Made by a program: the position numbers and the translations under genes. A stretch of DNA of 64,000 nt, taken from Clostridia bacterium. Its GTDB lineage: Bacteria > Bacillota > Clostridia > TANB77 > CAG-508. Positions within the stretch are counted from its first letter, which is position 1. Each line of letters starts with the position of its first letter. The stretch is taken from assembly GCA_022791325.1 (NCBI GenBank), contig JAAVYV010000024.1, positions 8,590 through 72,589 of the forward strand, in the 5' to 3' direction. This document shows, in pieces, positions 19,180 through 29,272 of this stretch. A model generated the notes under the pieces. It did not search any database. It saw only the letters and a program-made list of their open reading frames with translations, and was not told the DNA's origin.

Positions 19180-19793
19180 TATTTTCTACCTCCTTTATTT
19201 TCAATTTCCCATCTAACATAATCTTGTTTGTATTTTTCGTGAGAATTTATATTGCTAATTTCATCTACCTTATTCCATATTTGTAATTCCCATTGAAAAC
19301 TAAAGTTATTCTTTTTAAAGTATATATGTGTTGCTTTGTAGTTTAATTTAGAAGAGTTTATACATTTTAGACCAGTATATTTATTATTTACTAAATTTAA
19401 AATTTCATTATGTGTAAGTGTATTTTTACATATAATTCTTATTCCAAATAAATCGTTAAAACATTTATTTATTGGTACTTTTCCATCTTCATGATTTTCA
19501 ATATAATTTTTTATTTTATATTCTATAGAGTTTTTGGCCTTAGTTCTAATATTAACTTTAAATTCATTTGTATTAAATTGTTTAAAATCCATTAATAATT
19601 GTATATTATTTTCGTTAATAAATTCTCTATAATTAATAATTGCATCTAATAATATTTTATTTTGAAGTACATCACAAATTAAGGTATCTTTTAAATTAAT
19701 CTTAGAAAAATAACTGCTTTGTTCCCATTTATTTGTAAAATCATTATATTCAATTTGTATAAAGTTAATTAAATTATCTAATTCTTCTAACAT
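19179..19793 (-). CDS. RelA/SpoT-homolog small alarmone synthetase-like toxin (toxSAS)
   Basis: RSH synthetase motifs RTKAKNSIEYK, NDLFGIRIIC, YKATHIYF, FQWELQIW, SHEKYK. 204 aa single-domain protein. Confidence 0.7.
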   Translation of the reverse strand: MLEELDNLINFIQIEYNDFTNKWEQSSYFSKINLKDTLICDVLQNKILLDAIINYREFINENNIQLLMDFKQFNTNEFKVNIRTKAKNSIEYKIKNYIENHEDGKVPINKCFNDLFGIRIICKNTLTHNEILNLVNNKYTGLKCINSSKLNYKATHIYFKKNNFSFQWELQIWNKVDEISNINSHEKYKQDYVRWEIENKGGRK

Positions 19794-20074
19794 AATATTT
19801 TCTTTCTACTTATATATTTTATCATATAATATTAATTGTGTATATAGTTATAATTTTATACAATAATATTATATTTATATAATAAAACAAATGTTTACAT
19901 ATGTCAATCCATTTAGTAAAATTTTTTTATTTTTTTGCTAGTATAAAAGAAAAAAGGTAACAAAATAATTCTAAAAAGTGTTGAATTGTAATAAGATATA
20001 AGGTATAATACAAAAAGAATTCTAAAGTTATAATTATAATTTTAGTTACCACCAAAATAAAAAGGGGTAGTATT

Positions 20075-21358
20075 ATGAAAAAATTTTTATCAAATTACAA
20101 ATCAACAATAATTCTTCTTGTTGCTATTATTGTTGGTGCAGTCGTAGGACTTATTTTTAAAGAAAAAGCAACAGTCTTAAAGCCATTAGGCGATATCTTT
20201 TTAAATCTTTTATTAGTCATAATTGTTCCACTAATATTTTTGACAATAACTACATCAGTAGCTAAAATGAAAGAACCTAAACGTTTAGGTAAAATAGTAG
20301 GTACTATAATATTAGTATTTGTAATTACATCAGTAATAGCAGTACTAGTAGGTTTTTTAAGTACATATTTTATAAAACTTGTAAATCCTGAAGATTCTGC
20401 AAAAATAGTAGAAGTTTTTGATGAGGGAGCCATAGAAGAAGAGGAAGAACTTTCTATTGCAGAAAGAACAGTTAGTTTATTAACTGTAAATGACTTTTCA
20501 AAATTATTAACAAGAGATAACTTAATAGCATTATTAGTATTTTCAGTAATATTTGGAATAGCAATGAATATGTCAGGGAAAAAAGCAGAGCCAGTTTTAA
20601 ATTTCTTAAATTCTGCAAATGAAATAGTAAATAATATTATAAAAATAATTATGTACTACGCACCAATAGGTTTAGGGTGCTACTTTGCAGCAGTAATAGG
20701 TGAGCTAGGTTCAAGTATTGCAGTAGGATATTTAAAAACTTTTGTAGTATACTTTATAGTTTCAATTGCTTTTTATATGGTAATGTATACAATATATGCA
20801 TGGGTAGCAGGAGGTAAAAAAGGAGCAAAAGCATATTGGAGAAATATAATTCCAGCAACACTTACATCTTTAGCAACATGCTCAAGTGCAGCATGTATAC
20901 CTGTAAACATAGAAGGAGCTAAAAAAATAGGCGTACCAGAAGACATTGCAGAAACAACAATACCATTAGGAACAAGTTTCCACAAAGATGGTTCAATAAT
21001 AGGTTCAGTATTTAAAATAATGTTTTTAGTATGTTTATTTGGAACAAGCGTAGCTACTGCAGGTGAAATAGCAACAGTAATAGGAATAGCATTACTTGCA
21101 ACACTATTAGTAACAGCAGTACCAATAGGTGGGGGAACAATATCAGAAATGCTAATAATAACAATGATGGGATACCCAGCCTCTGCTCTTCCAATACTAA
21201 CAATAATTGCAACAATAATAGATGCACCAGCAACTATGCTAAATGTAGTAGGAGATTCAGCATCATCAATGATGGTAGCCAGAATAGTAGATGGAAAGCA
21301 CTGGATGAAAGATAAAGAAGATTTAAAAGAACAAGTAAAAGAAAAAGTTAATGTTTAA
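20075..21358 (+). CDS. dicarboxylate/amino acid:cation symporter (DAACS family)
   Basis: 427 aa polytopic protein with CSSAACIPV, IPLGTSFHKDGS and VGDSASS segments typical of SDF/GltP-SstT transporters. Confidence 0.75.
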   Translation: MKKFLSNYKSTIILLVAIIVGAVVGLIFKEKATVLKPLGDIFLNLLLVIIVPLIFLTITTSVAKMKEPKRLGKIVGTIILVFVITSVIAVLVGFLSTYFIKLVNPEDSAKIVEVFDEGAIEEEEELSIAERTVSLLTVNDFSKLLTRDNLIALLVFSVIFGIAMNMSGKKAEPVLNFLNSANEIVNNIIKIIMYYAPIGLGCYFAAVIGELGSSIAVGYLKTFVVYFIVSIAFYMVMYTIYAWVAGGKKGAKAYWRNIIPATLTSLATCSSAACIPVNIEGAKKIGVPEDIAETTIPLGTSFHKDGSIIGSVFKIMFLVCLFGTSVATAGEIATVIGIALLATLLVTAVPIGGGTISEMLIITMMGYPASALPILTIIATIIDAPATMLNVVGDSASSMMVARIVDGKHWMKDKEDLKEQVKEKVNV

Positions 21359-21552
21359 ACATAAATTAGAAATTGAAGATTGGAATGAAAATGCCAACTT
21401 ATAGATAAAAGATAAAAAGATGAAAAACATGCATGTTACAATAATTTGCGTGTTTTTTCTATGCTACCTAAAATAAATGTTGTCTTTTTGGCTAATAAAA
21501 AATATAGTAATGTTTTGTAATTTACACACTAAACTTGAAAAAATCTAAAAAA

Positions 21553-21595
21553 GTAAAGATTTGGACGCGTCCCAAATCTTTACCAAATCTTTAAA
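21553..21595. repeat. palindromic repeat GTAAAGATTTGGACGCGTCCCAAATCTTTACCAAATCTT
   Basis: Same family as 16782 and 30365. Confidence 0.75.
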
Positions 21596-21709
21596 AGTTT
21601 TGTAATTGCCATAATGGGTTGAAAATTATATTAAATTATGCTAAAATAATCGCATAACTTTGTGTAACTATAAATAATAATTTATTTTTAGAAAAAAGGA
21701 GGAAAAAAT

Positions 21710-22795
21710 ATGAAGTCATATTTTGATATTTTGAACGACTACACTAAAACAAAGAAAATTCTTGATGCGAAAGTAAAAAAGCAAGAAGAAGTATTAAAAA
21801 TGCTAAAAAAAGCTCAAAAAGATAATGAAGAACGGATTAGTCAATATGTAGGAGAAAGCTTAATTTTTGGCGAATATGATATTAAAAGTACATTTGACAA
21901 AATGGAGGAAATACAAGTATATTATCCAGTATTACACATGTGTAGTGAAGTTTCAGGAGGTATAAGTAATATTACACTTACACATTATGATGGTTATATC
22001 GAAGAAGAACCAGAGAGAAAAATAATACAAGAATATACATTAAAAAGTGAGCAAGAAAATCTTAATATAACTATAACTGGAATATCTAATGCATATACTT
22101 TAGGATGCTCCAATAACAATATTTTACTTGAAGTAAAAGGAGCTATGGCTATGGATCATAAAGTAAAATATATAGTGAAAATAAATAATAAAGAAAAATA
22201 CTCATATGAAAGAGACTTCAAAGGAGAAATTGTAAATGAAGTTTTAAGGGAAATTTTACAAGATAAATATATATCTTATTCAGATTTCGATAAGAACAGT
22301 CAGCGTATGAGAGATAAAAGATTAAGAGACTCAGGCAGTAGAGCGAGAGTATGCAATAATATACTTCTTACATTAATACCAAACTGGAACAGAAATGTGT
22401 ACATGTATATATATAACAACATAATTACAAAGTTAAACTTTAATTTTAATGCTGAAGAAGTAATTAAAGATATTAAAAATAATTATAATAAATGTAATAA
22501 AGAATATTGGTTTGTAAAAAGATATCCAATAAGTGGAGATGAAGAGCTTTTAATGCGAATAAGTGAATCTAAGAAACACGATAACAGTTGTTGTGCATAT
22601 GAGGATACAAGCATAATATTAGAGATACCATATCCAGCTAAAACTTTTGAAATTGAGTTAGCCATATGTTCATATGAAAAAAGGGAAGATATAAAAAGTT
22701 ATATGCAAACATATGAAGATGTTTTTTATATTAGTGAAAAGGAGAATATAAACTTCAATATGAAAATGAAGATATTAGAGCTAATAAACTGTTAA
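21710..22795 (+). CDS. hypothetical protein (orphan)
   Basis: 361 aa ORF behind an AAGGAGG RBS. No family recognised. One in-frame CGG at 21833-21835. Confidence 0.55.
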   Translation: MKSYFDILNDYTKTKKILDAKVKKQEEVLKMLKKAQKDNEERISQYVGESLIFGEYDIKSTFDKMEEIQVYYPVLHMCSEVSGGISNITLTHYDGYIEEEPERKIIQEYTLKSEQENLNITITGISNAYTLGCSNNNILLEVKGAMAMDHKVKYIVKINNKEKYSYERDFKGEIVNEVLREILQDKYISYSDFDKNSQRMRDKRLRDSGSRARVCNNILLTLIPNWNRNVYMYIYNNIITKLNFNFNAEEVIKDIKNNYNKCNKEYWFVKRYPISGDEELLMRISESKKHDNSCCAYEDTSIILEIPYPAKTFEIELAICSYEKREDIKSYMQTYEDVFYISEKENINFNMKMKILELINC

Positions 22796-22938
22796 TGTAA
22801 AAAGCTATTACATTTAATGCTTTTTAATCAATATTACATTTTAATAGAGAATATTTTAGCCATTGTGGTAATAAAATATTCTCTATTTTTAATAAAGCTT
22901 GTATCAAATACAACTTACTAAGCTAATAAAATTATATA

Positions 22939-24778
22939 CTATTCAACAGTCACAGACTTAGCTAAATTTCTAGGCTTATCTACATCTAATCCCTTTTGCT
23001 TTGAAATATAATAAGCAAATAACTGTAAAGGAATAACTGAAAGAATAGGTGATAAAAAAGTGCTAGAATTAGGAATGTAAAAAACAAAATCAAATGTATT
23101 ATTTGGAAGTTTTTGATTAGAAATTACAAATGTTTTAGCACCTCGAGTTATAACTTCTTGCAAATTACTAATTGTTTTTGAAGCTAACTTGCAATCTGTT
23201 AAAATACCAACAACATAAATGCCATCTTCAATTAAGGCAATAGGACCATGTTTTAATTCTCCGCCTGCATATGCTTCAGAGTGAATATACGAAATTTCCT
23301 TTAACTTTAGAGAGCCTTCTAAACAGGTAGCATAATCAATCCCTCTACCTAGAAAAAATAAGTTTTTTTCTAAATAGCATTGTTTAGTAATATCTCTTAT
23401 TCTTTCTTTTTTTTCTAAAACCATCTCTATCTTTTTTGGCAAATCAAGTAGCTCTTTGTTTAAGTCTTCTAATATACTAAAATCAGTACTTTCTAGAACT
23501 TGGGCTAAATAAATAGCAAAAGAGCAAATAAGAGCTATTTGACAAATATATGCTTTAGTAGAAGCAACAGCAATTTCAGGTCCAGCATAAGTATAAAAAG
23601 AAAAGTCTGCCTCCCTTGTTATAGAACTACCAATAACATTAGTAATAGCAATTGTTGTGCAGCCCTTTTCTTTAGCTAATTTTAAAGCAGAAATAGTATC
23701 AGCTGTTTCACCAGACTGACTAATAAATATGCATAAAGTGTTATTATTAATAATAGGGTCACTATAACGAAATTCAGAAGCAATTTCTATATAAGTAGGA
23801 ATTTTGCACAACTTTTCAATAGTATTTTTACTAGCAAGGCCAGCATGCATTGCGGTTCCACAAGCTACAATATAAATTTCTTTAACATTAAGTAATATAT
23901 CTTTGGGTAAATTAAAATCTGGAAAATTACATTTTTCATTTAATAAAATATACTTGTTAACAGTATTAGTAATTGCCTTAGGTTGTTCAAATATTTCTTT
24001 TAACATAAAATCTTCATACCCATTTTTAGTACTACTAGAATTACTTAAATCAATAGTTTTATACTTTTTAGAAATTTTATTCAAATTTTCATCAAAAAAA
24101 CTAATATTATTTTTTTCGATTATAGAAAATTCATTATTATCTAAAAAATAAAAATCTTTAGTATATTCTAAAATAGCAGGAATATCAGAAGAAATAAAAT
24201 ACTCTGTATTACCGCACTCCTATTATAAGAGGGCTATTATTTCTCACTACAATTTGAGTGTTAGGAAAATCCTTACACAAAACTAAAATAGCATAACTAC
24301 CTTTAAAATCTTTACATGCTTTATAAATAGCATTTAGGAAGTTTTCTTTTGTCTTTTCATTCTTCGAATAATAGTAATGAATTAAATTAGGAATAACCTC
24401 AGTATCTGTTTGAGAATAAAAAGAGTAACCAGATTCTTCAAGAAACTGACGAAGCTATTTATAATTCTCAATAATTCCATTATGTACAACGGCAAAAGTA
24501 TTACTATTATCCTTATGAGGGTGAGCATTTTCTTTGCAAGGTATTCCATGAGTAGCCCATCTAGTATGAGCAATGCCAACACTGCTAAAAAAAGAAGAAG
24601 TATCAATTAAACTCTCTAATGCAGAAACTCTACCACTTTGTTTTACAATTTCAATACAATCTTTCTCCATTATAGCAACACCAGCCGAGTCATATCCTCT
24701 ATATTCTAAATTTTTAAGTCCATTTAACAATATAGGTAAGCATTTTTTATTTCCTACATATCCAACAATTCCACACAT
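22939..24778 (-). pseudogene. glmS: glutamine--fructose-6-phosphate aminotransferase, reading frame interrupted twice (in-frame TAG plus a +1 shift at CGG); either a pseudogene or a recoded gene
   Basis: N-terminus MCGIVGY..HNGIIENYK, then TAG (24455-24457), then in-frame LRQFLEESGYSFYSQTDTEV..SPLIIGV, then CGG at 24212-24214. Dropping the C gives GNTEYFISSDIPAILEY, which continues into the SIS-domain ORF 22939-24084 ending ..LAKSVTVE. Confidence 0.85.
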
Positions 24779-24985
24779 AATAAAGCCTCCTTACTTTATA
24801 ATATTGTAGAAAAGTAAAAATGTAGCAAGTACACAAAAATAAAAACGTAGTATTCATTTTATTGCTATACTACGTTTTTATTTTTAAAGAGAATTTAAGA
24901 AAAAGTGTCAAAACCTCCATCACCATTGAATTTATATCACTTTTGCCACTCTTTTTTACACCCTCCAAGCATTAAGCTTACTTTT

Positions 24986-25183
24986 TTAAGCAATATTAAT
25001 TAAATCTTGAACAGAGCAAGATAAATACTTACAAAAACTTTCTAGATACTTAAAGGAAATGGATTCTGTTTCTCCTTTTATTACTCGATTTAAATTTCTA
25101 GAAGTAATGTTCATTTGTTGACATAGCCAATACTTCGACTTATTCTGCTTTTTTAATAATTCTTCAATATTAAAACTTACCAT
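24986..25183 (-). CDS. XRE-family HTH transcriptional regulator (short)
   Basis: 65 aa starting MVSFNIEELLKKQNKSKYWLCQQMNITSRNLNRVIKGE, behind a GGAGG RBS. The longer upstream extension in the ORF track is rejected. Confidence 0.7.
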   Translation of the reverse strand: MVSFNIEELLKKQNKSKYWLCQQMNITSRNLNRVIKGETESISFKYLESFCKYLSCSVQDLINIA

Positions 25184-25308
25184 AAAAACCTCCTTCAAAG
25201 AAATTTTAATATAAAAAGAATATATAAATAAGATACTTGCAAATACCTTTAGGCTATAATATAATAATTTTACAAATAATTGGTAAAATATAAAAATAGG
25301 AGGAACAA

Positions 25309-26808
25309 ATGAAAAGAAGAAAAGTAAAAGAAAAAAGCAAAACAAATATTAATAAAATTGATGGAATAACACTAATAACCTTAGTAATAACAATAGTATT
25401 ATTAATAATATTAGCAGGAATAATGATAAATATAGGTTTAGGAGAAAATGGCTTATTTACAAGAGCAAAAGAAGCACGAAATAAATATTTGACAGCAGAA
25501 AGACAAGAAGAAATAGCCTTAAATGAATTATATAAACAACTAGGAATAGAAGAAGAATTACCAGAAAACACACAAACAACACAAGCAGGGACAGTAGTAA
25601 AAACTCCAGAAAAATGGAAAACAACTGTGCCAAACTATGTAGATGTGCAAACAGGTAAACAAGTAAAGGAAAGTTATAAAGTAGCAAGTGTATATGCAGT
25701 AGCAGTAGGGAACGGGCAAGAAATACCAGTACCATTAGAATTTTACTATGTAGGAGGAACATTAGAAAGTGGAATAGTAATATCAGATAATATAGAAGAT
25801 AAAAATAAAGATGCAGGAAAAGCAGATGTAAGAAAAGAATTAAAAGGAAATCAATTTGTGTGGATACCATGTAAGTTAGAAGATTATCATAAAATAGATT
25901 TTAATGATAAAATGTCAAGTATGGACTGGTATAAAGAAACAGATGCATCAGAACTACCACAAATAGAAAAATATGAAGGCTTTTATTGTCGGAAGATATG
26001 AGTCAGGGGTAGGAACATTAAATAGAGAAAAAGAACAAGCAGGAGAAACAAATCCATTTGATTATACAGTAACATTTGCAAATGGAGCGTCATTATTTAA
26101 TAGTGTAGGAGTGCAAGCAAAATTATCAAACAATTCATGGGATTGGCAAAACTATAATTTTACTGCAAAAAGGCCAGGTTTACCTGTAGCAGAAGTAACA
26201 AATAAAGCAACTGGAAATGTAGTTGTTAAAGCAGACAGTATACCATATTATCATGCAGATTATTATACAGCAACAGAAATGAGCAGGAGACTATATGCAC
26301 AGCATAAATATGTAAAAAGTGGATTAATAACTGGGACAATGTGGGATGTAATGTTGAAGTATATGCGGAGATAATGGAGTAAATATGACATCTACTGACT
26401 GGGGAAATTATTATGATGTAGAATTAACAAACTTAACAGGATATTATACAAACGTAAATAGTAATAATACAAGTACATCATATGGTGCAACAGATGGATT
26501 TAAAAGTGCAAAAACATTAACCACAAATACAAGCACAGATACATGGGTATTATTAACAACAGGTTCAACAGAAGCAGTAAAGAGAATGAATTTATATGAT
26601 GTTTGCCGGAAACCTATGGGAGTGGACAGTAGAACCTTGTTATCGTAATGGTTATAATTTTGAAAATGGACTTACTCTTTCATGTATGGTTCGTGGAGGA
26701 AGTTTAAATGATTCATATACTAAAATGCCTGCTTCTTACCGTCTTGACTGTATTACACTAGGTGCTACTACAGACTTTGGCTTTAGAGTAGTACTCTTCC
26801 TTCAATAG
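25309..26808 (+). CDS. pilin-like-leader protein with a C-terminal FGE-sulfatase (SUMF1-like) domain, split by three +1 shifts at CGG
   Basis: Leader DGITLITLVITIVLLIILAGIMINIGLGENG. Segments 25309-25989, 25991-26365, 26367-26606 and 26608-26808 join to give GFYC-G-RYESG, KYM-G-DNGVNMTSTDW, DVC-G-NLWEWT, RGGSLND, FGFRVV. Confidence 0.75.
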
Positions 26809-26850
26809 AAAGAGAAAATAGTATGTTAAATAGCATTAAAAGTTATTATA

Positions 26851-26898
26851 AAAAACACGAAATAGTTTGATAATTTGGGTCAAATATTTCGTGTTTTA
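26851..26898 (+). terminator. rho-independent terminator
   Basis: ACACGAAATA ... TATTTCGTGT hairpin followed by TTTT. Confidence 0.7.
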
Positions 26899-27033
26899 TA
26901 GTAAATATAATAAGTTAAAGATTGGTAAAAATAACAATAATTAAAAAATAAAAATTATAAAAATACCTATACAAAACAAAGCAATTATGATAATATAAAA
27001 TTGTAAAACAAAACGAAAGAGAGGAAGAAAATT

Positions 27034-27594
27034 ATGAAAAAATCAATTATTGGAATAGTAGCAGTTGTAATTATTGCAGTTATCATTATTGGAGCAATTT
27101 TTATATTTTCAAAAAACAAAGAAGAAAAACCAAGTACACAGTCAGGAGTAAAAATACAAACAGCACAAGAAATGGAAAAAGTAATTAATGATATTAACAC
27201 AAAACTTGGAGAAAATCTTCCATCACTAGAAACACGTGAAATAGACTTAACAGATGAATATGCATTTACATCTACAACAGGGCTAAAATCAAATGAGAAT
27301 GTAGAAGCAGTTGTAGCTTCAGAGCCATTTATGAGCTCACAAGCATATTCAGCAGTAATGATAAAAGCAAAAGAAAATGCTAACATAGAAGAAATGAAAC
27401 AGGAAATATTAAACAATATAGACATGAGAAAATGGATATGTGTTTCAGCAGAAAAATTATGGGTTACTAACTATAATGATATAATCTTCTTTGTAATGTC
27501 AAGTGAAGAATGGGGAAAACCTGTATATGACGAATTTAAACAAGCAGTAGGTGGCACAGTAGGAAAAGAATTAGAAAAAACAGAAGAATTCTAG
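27034..27594 (+). CDS. secreted/anchored hypothetical protein (possibly DUF4358-like)
   Basis: N-terminal TM/signal anchor. First gene of the MBOAT-DHHW cluster. The family call is tentative. Confidence 0.5.
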   Translation: MKKSIIGIVAVVIIAVIIIGAIFIFSKNKEEKPSTQSGVKIQTAQEMEKVINDINTKLGENLPSLETREIDLTDEYAFTSTTGLKSNENVEAVVASEPFMSSQAYSAVMIKAKENANIEEMKQEILNNIDMRKWICVSAEKLWVTNYNDIIFFVMSSEEWGKPVYDEFKQAVGGTVGKELEKTEEF

Positions 27595-27603
27595 GAGGAA
27601 AAA

Positions 27604-29001
27604 GTGTTATTTTCAAGTATTAACTTTTTATATTATTTTTTACCATGTGTATTAATAATATATTTTGTTACACCTACAAAATATAAAAATATTATACTAT
27701 TAATAAGCTCCCTATTATTTTACTTTTATGGGGAGCCTATTTATATATTAATTATGCTAGCAAGCATACTATCAGCATATATACATGGTATTTTAATAAA
27801 TAAATATACAAAACATAAAAAAGTTTTTTTAATATCATCTATTATAATAAGTATAGGGTTATTAGCGTTATTTAAGTATTCAGACTTTATAATAACAAAT
27901 ATAAATAGCATATGTAATTCACAAATAAAATTATTAAACTTAGCACTGCCAATAGGAATATCATTTTATACATTTCAAATATTAAGTTATGTTATAGATG
28001 TATATAATAAAAAAGTTCCAGTGCAAAAAAACATTATAAAACTTGCAACATATGTATCATTATTTCCACAATTAATAGCAGGTCCAATTGTACGTTATAT
28101 AGATGTTGAAAAAGAACTTACAAAAAGAGAGCATACATTCGAAAAAATATCATTAGGAATAAGAAGGTTTATTATAGGGCTTTCAAAAAAAGTATTAATT
28201 GCAAACCAACTAGGCGAATTATGCCAAGTTTTCATGCAAACAAATGAGAAAAGCATATTGTTTTATTGGATTTATGGGGTAGCATTTAGTCTTCAAATAT
28301 ATTTTGACTTTTCAGCCTATTCAGATATGGCAATAGGACTTGGAAAAATATTTGGATTTCAATTTTTAGAAAATTTCAACTATCCATATATATCAAAAAG
28401 TATTACTGAATTTTGGAGAAGGTGGCATATTTCATTAGGCACATGGTTTAGAGACTATGTATACATACCACTTGGAGGAAATAGAGTAGGTAAAATAAAG
28501 TTAATTAGAAATATTTTTATAGTATGGTTTTTAACAGGATTTTGGCATGGAGCCAATTGGACATTTATTTTATGGGGGCTATTATTTGGAGTATTACTAA
28601 TTATAGAAAAGCTATTTTTAAAAGAAATATTAGAGAAAATGCCAAAAATAATAAGTCATATATATGTTCTATTTATAGTAATGATTAGTTTCATCATATT
28701 TAATGCAAATAATATAGCACAAGCAATTCAGCAAATAATAGGGTTATTTGGAGCAAACAAGGAGCCATTTATAAATAGTTATACTAGATACTATTTAAAA
28801 AGTTACTTTGTAATTATAATAATATCAATAATTGGAGCAACACCGCTACTCAAAAATATAATAAATAAGTTAAAAGAAAAAACAAAAATTAATAAAGCAA
28901 TTAATACAATAGAGCCTATTATACTAGTAGCTTTATTACTAATAGTTACATCATATTTAGTAGATAATTCCTATAATCCATTTTTATATTTTAGATTCTA
29001 A
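27604..29001 (+). CDS. MBOAT family O-acyltransferase (AlgI/DltB-like)
   Basis: 465 aa polytopic protein with FWRRWHISLGTWFRDYVYIPLGGNR and the conserved His in FLTGFWHGANW. GTG start behind GGAGG. Confidence 0.85.
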   Translation: MLFSSINFLYYFLPCVLIIYFVTPTKYKNIILLISSLLFYFYGEPIYILIMLASILSAYIHGILINKYTKHKKVFLISSIIISIGLLALFKYSDFIITNINSICNSQIKLLNLALPIGISFYTFQILSYVIDVYNKKVPVQKNIIKLATYVSLFPQLIAGPIVRYIDVEKELTKREHTFEKISLGIRRFIIGLSKKVLIANQLGELCQVFMQTNEKSILFYWIYGVAFSLQIYFDFSAYSDMAIGLGKIFGFQFLENFNYPYISKSITEFWRRWHISLGTWFRDYVYIPLGGNRVGKIKLIRNIFIVWFLTGFWHGANWTFILWGLLFGVLLIIEKLFLKEILEKMPKIISHIYVLFIVMISFIIFNANNIAQAIQQIIGLFGANKEPFINSYTRYYLKSYFVIIIISIIGATPLLKNIINKLKEKTKINKAINTIEPIILVALLLIVTSYLVDNSYNPFLYFRF

Positions 29002-29022
29002 CAATATTAAATATAAGAATAG

Positions 29023-29130
29023 ATGTAGGGGCGATTATCAATCGCCCGCCATTTTATAAAATGTCTTTAAAATAATAATTATATTAGTCAGTCCTACGTA
29101 GAGCGAGCGATGCCATCATCGCCCCTACAT
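29023..29130. repeat. REPIN-like doublet with perfect 13-bp termini ATGTAGGGGCGAT / ATCGCCCCTACAT
   Basis: Each end is a GTAG-headed hairpin (GGCGATTATCAATCGCC; GCGATGCCATCATCGC). Confidence 0.75.
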
Positions 29131-29272
29131 TTATTCTATAGGAAATACTATGAAACTTTTTAGTTTAGCTAACCAAAAAGTGAAAATAAAAAAATTATTT
29201 TCAAAGGAAACTTACTAATATATGCAAAAAATATTTCAAATAAATTATTTTATTAAACAAGGAGAAAAAAGA

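Noticed and set aside
24779-24985. Possible glmS ribozyme upstream of glmS.
   Set aside because: I could not find the conserved ribozyme core. The region holds only a terminator-like hairpin (24841-24880) and an AAGGAGG RBS.
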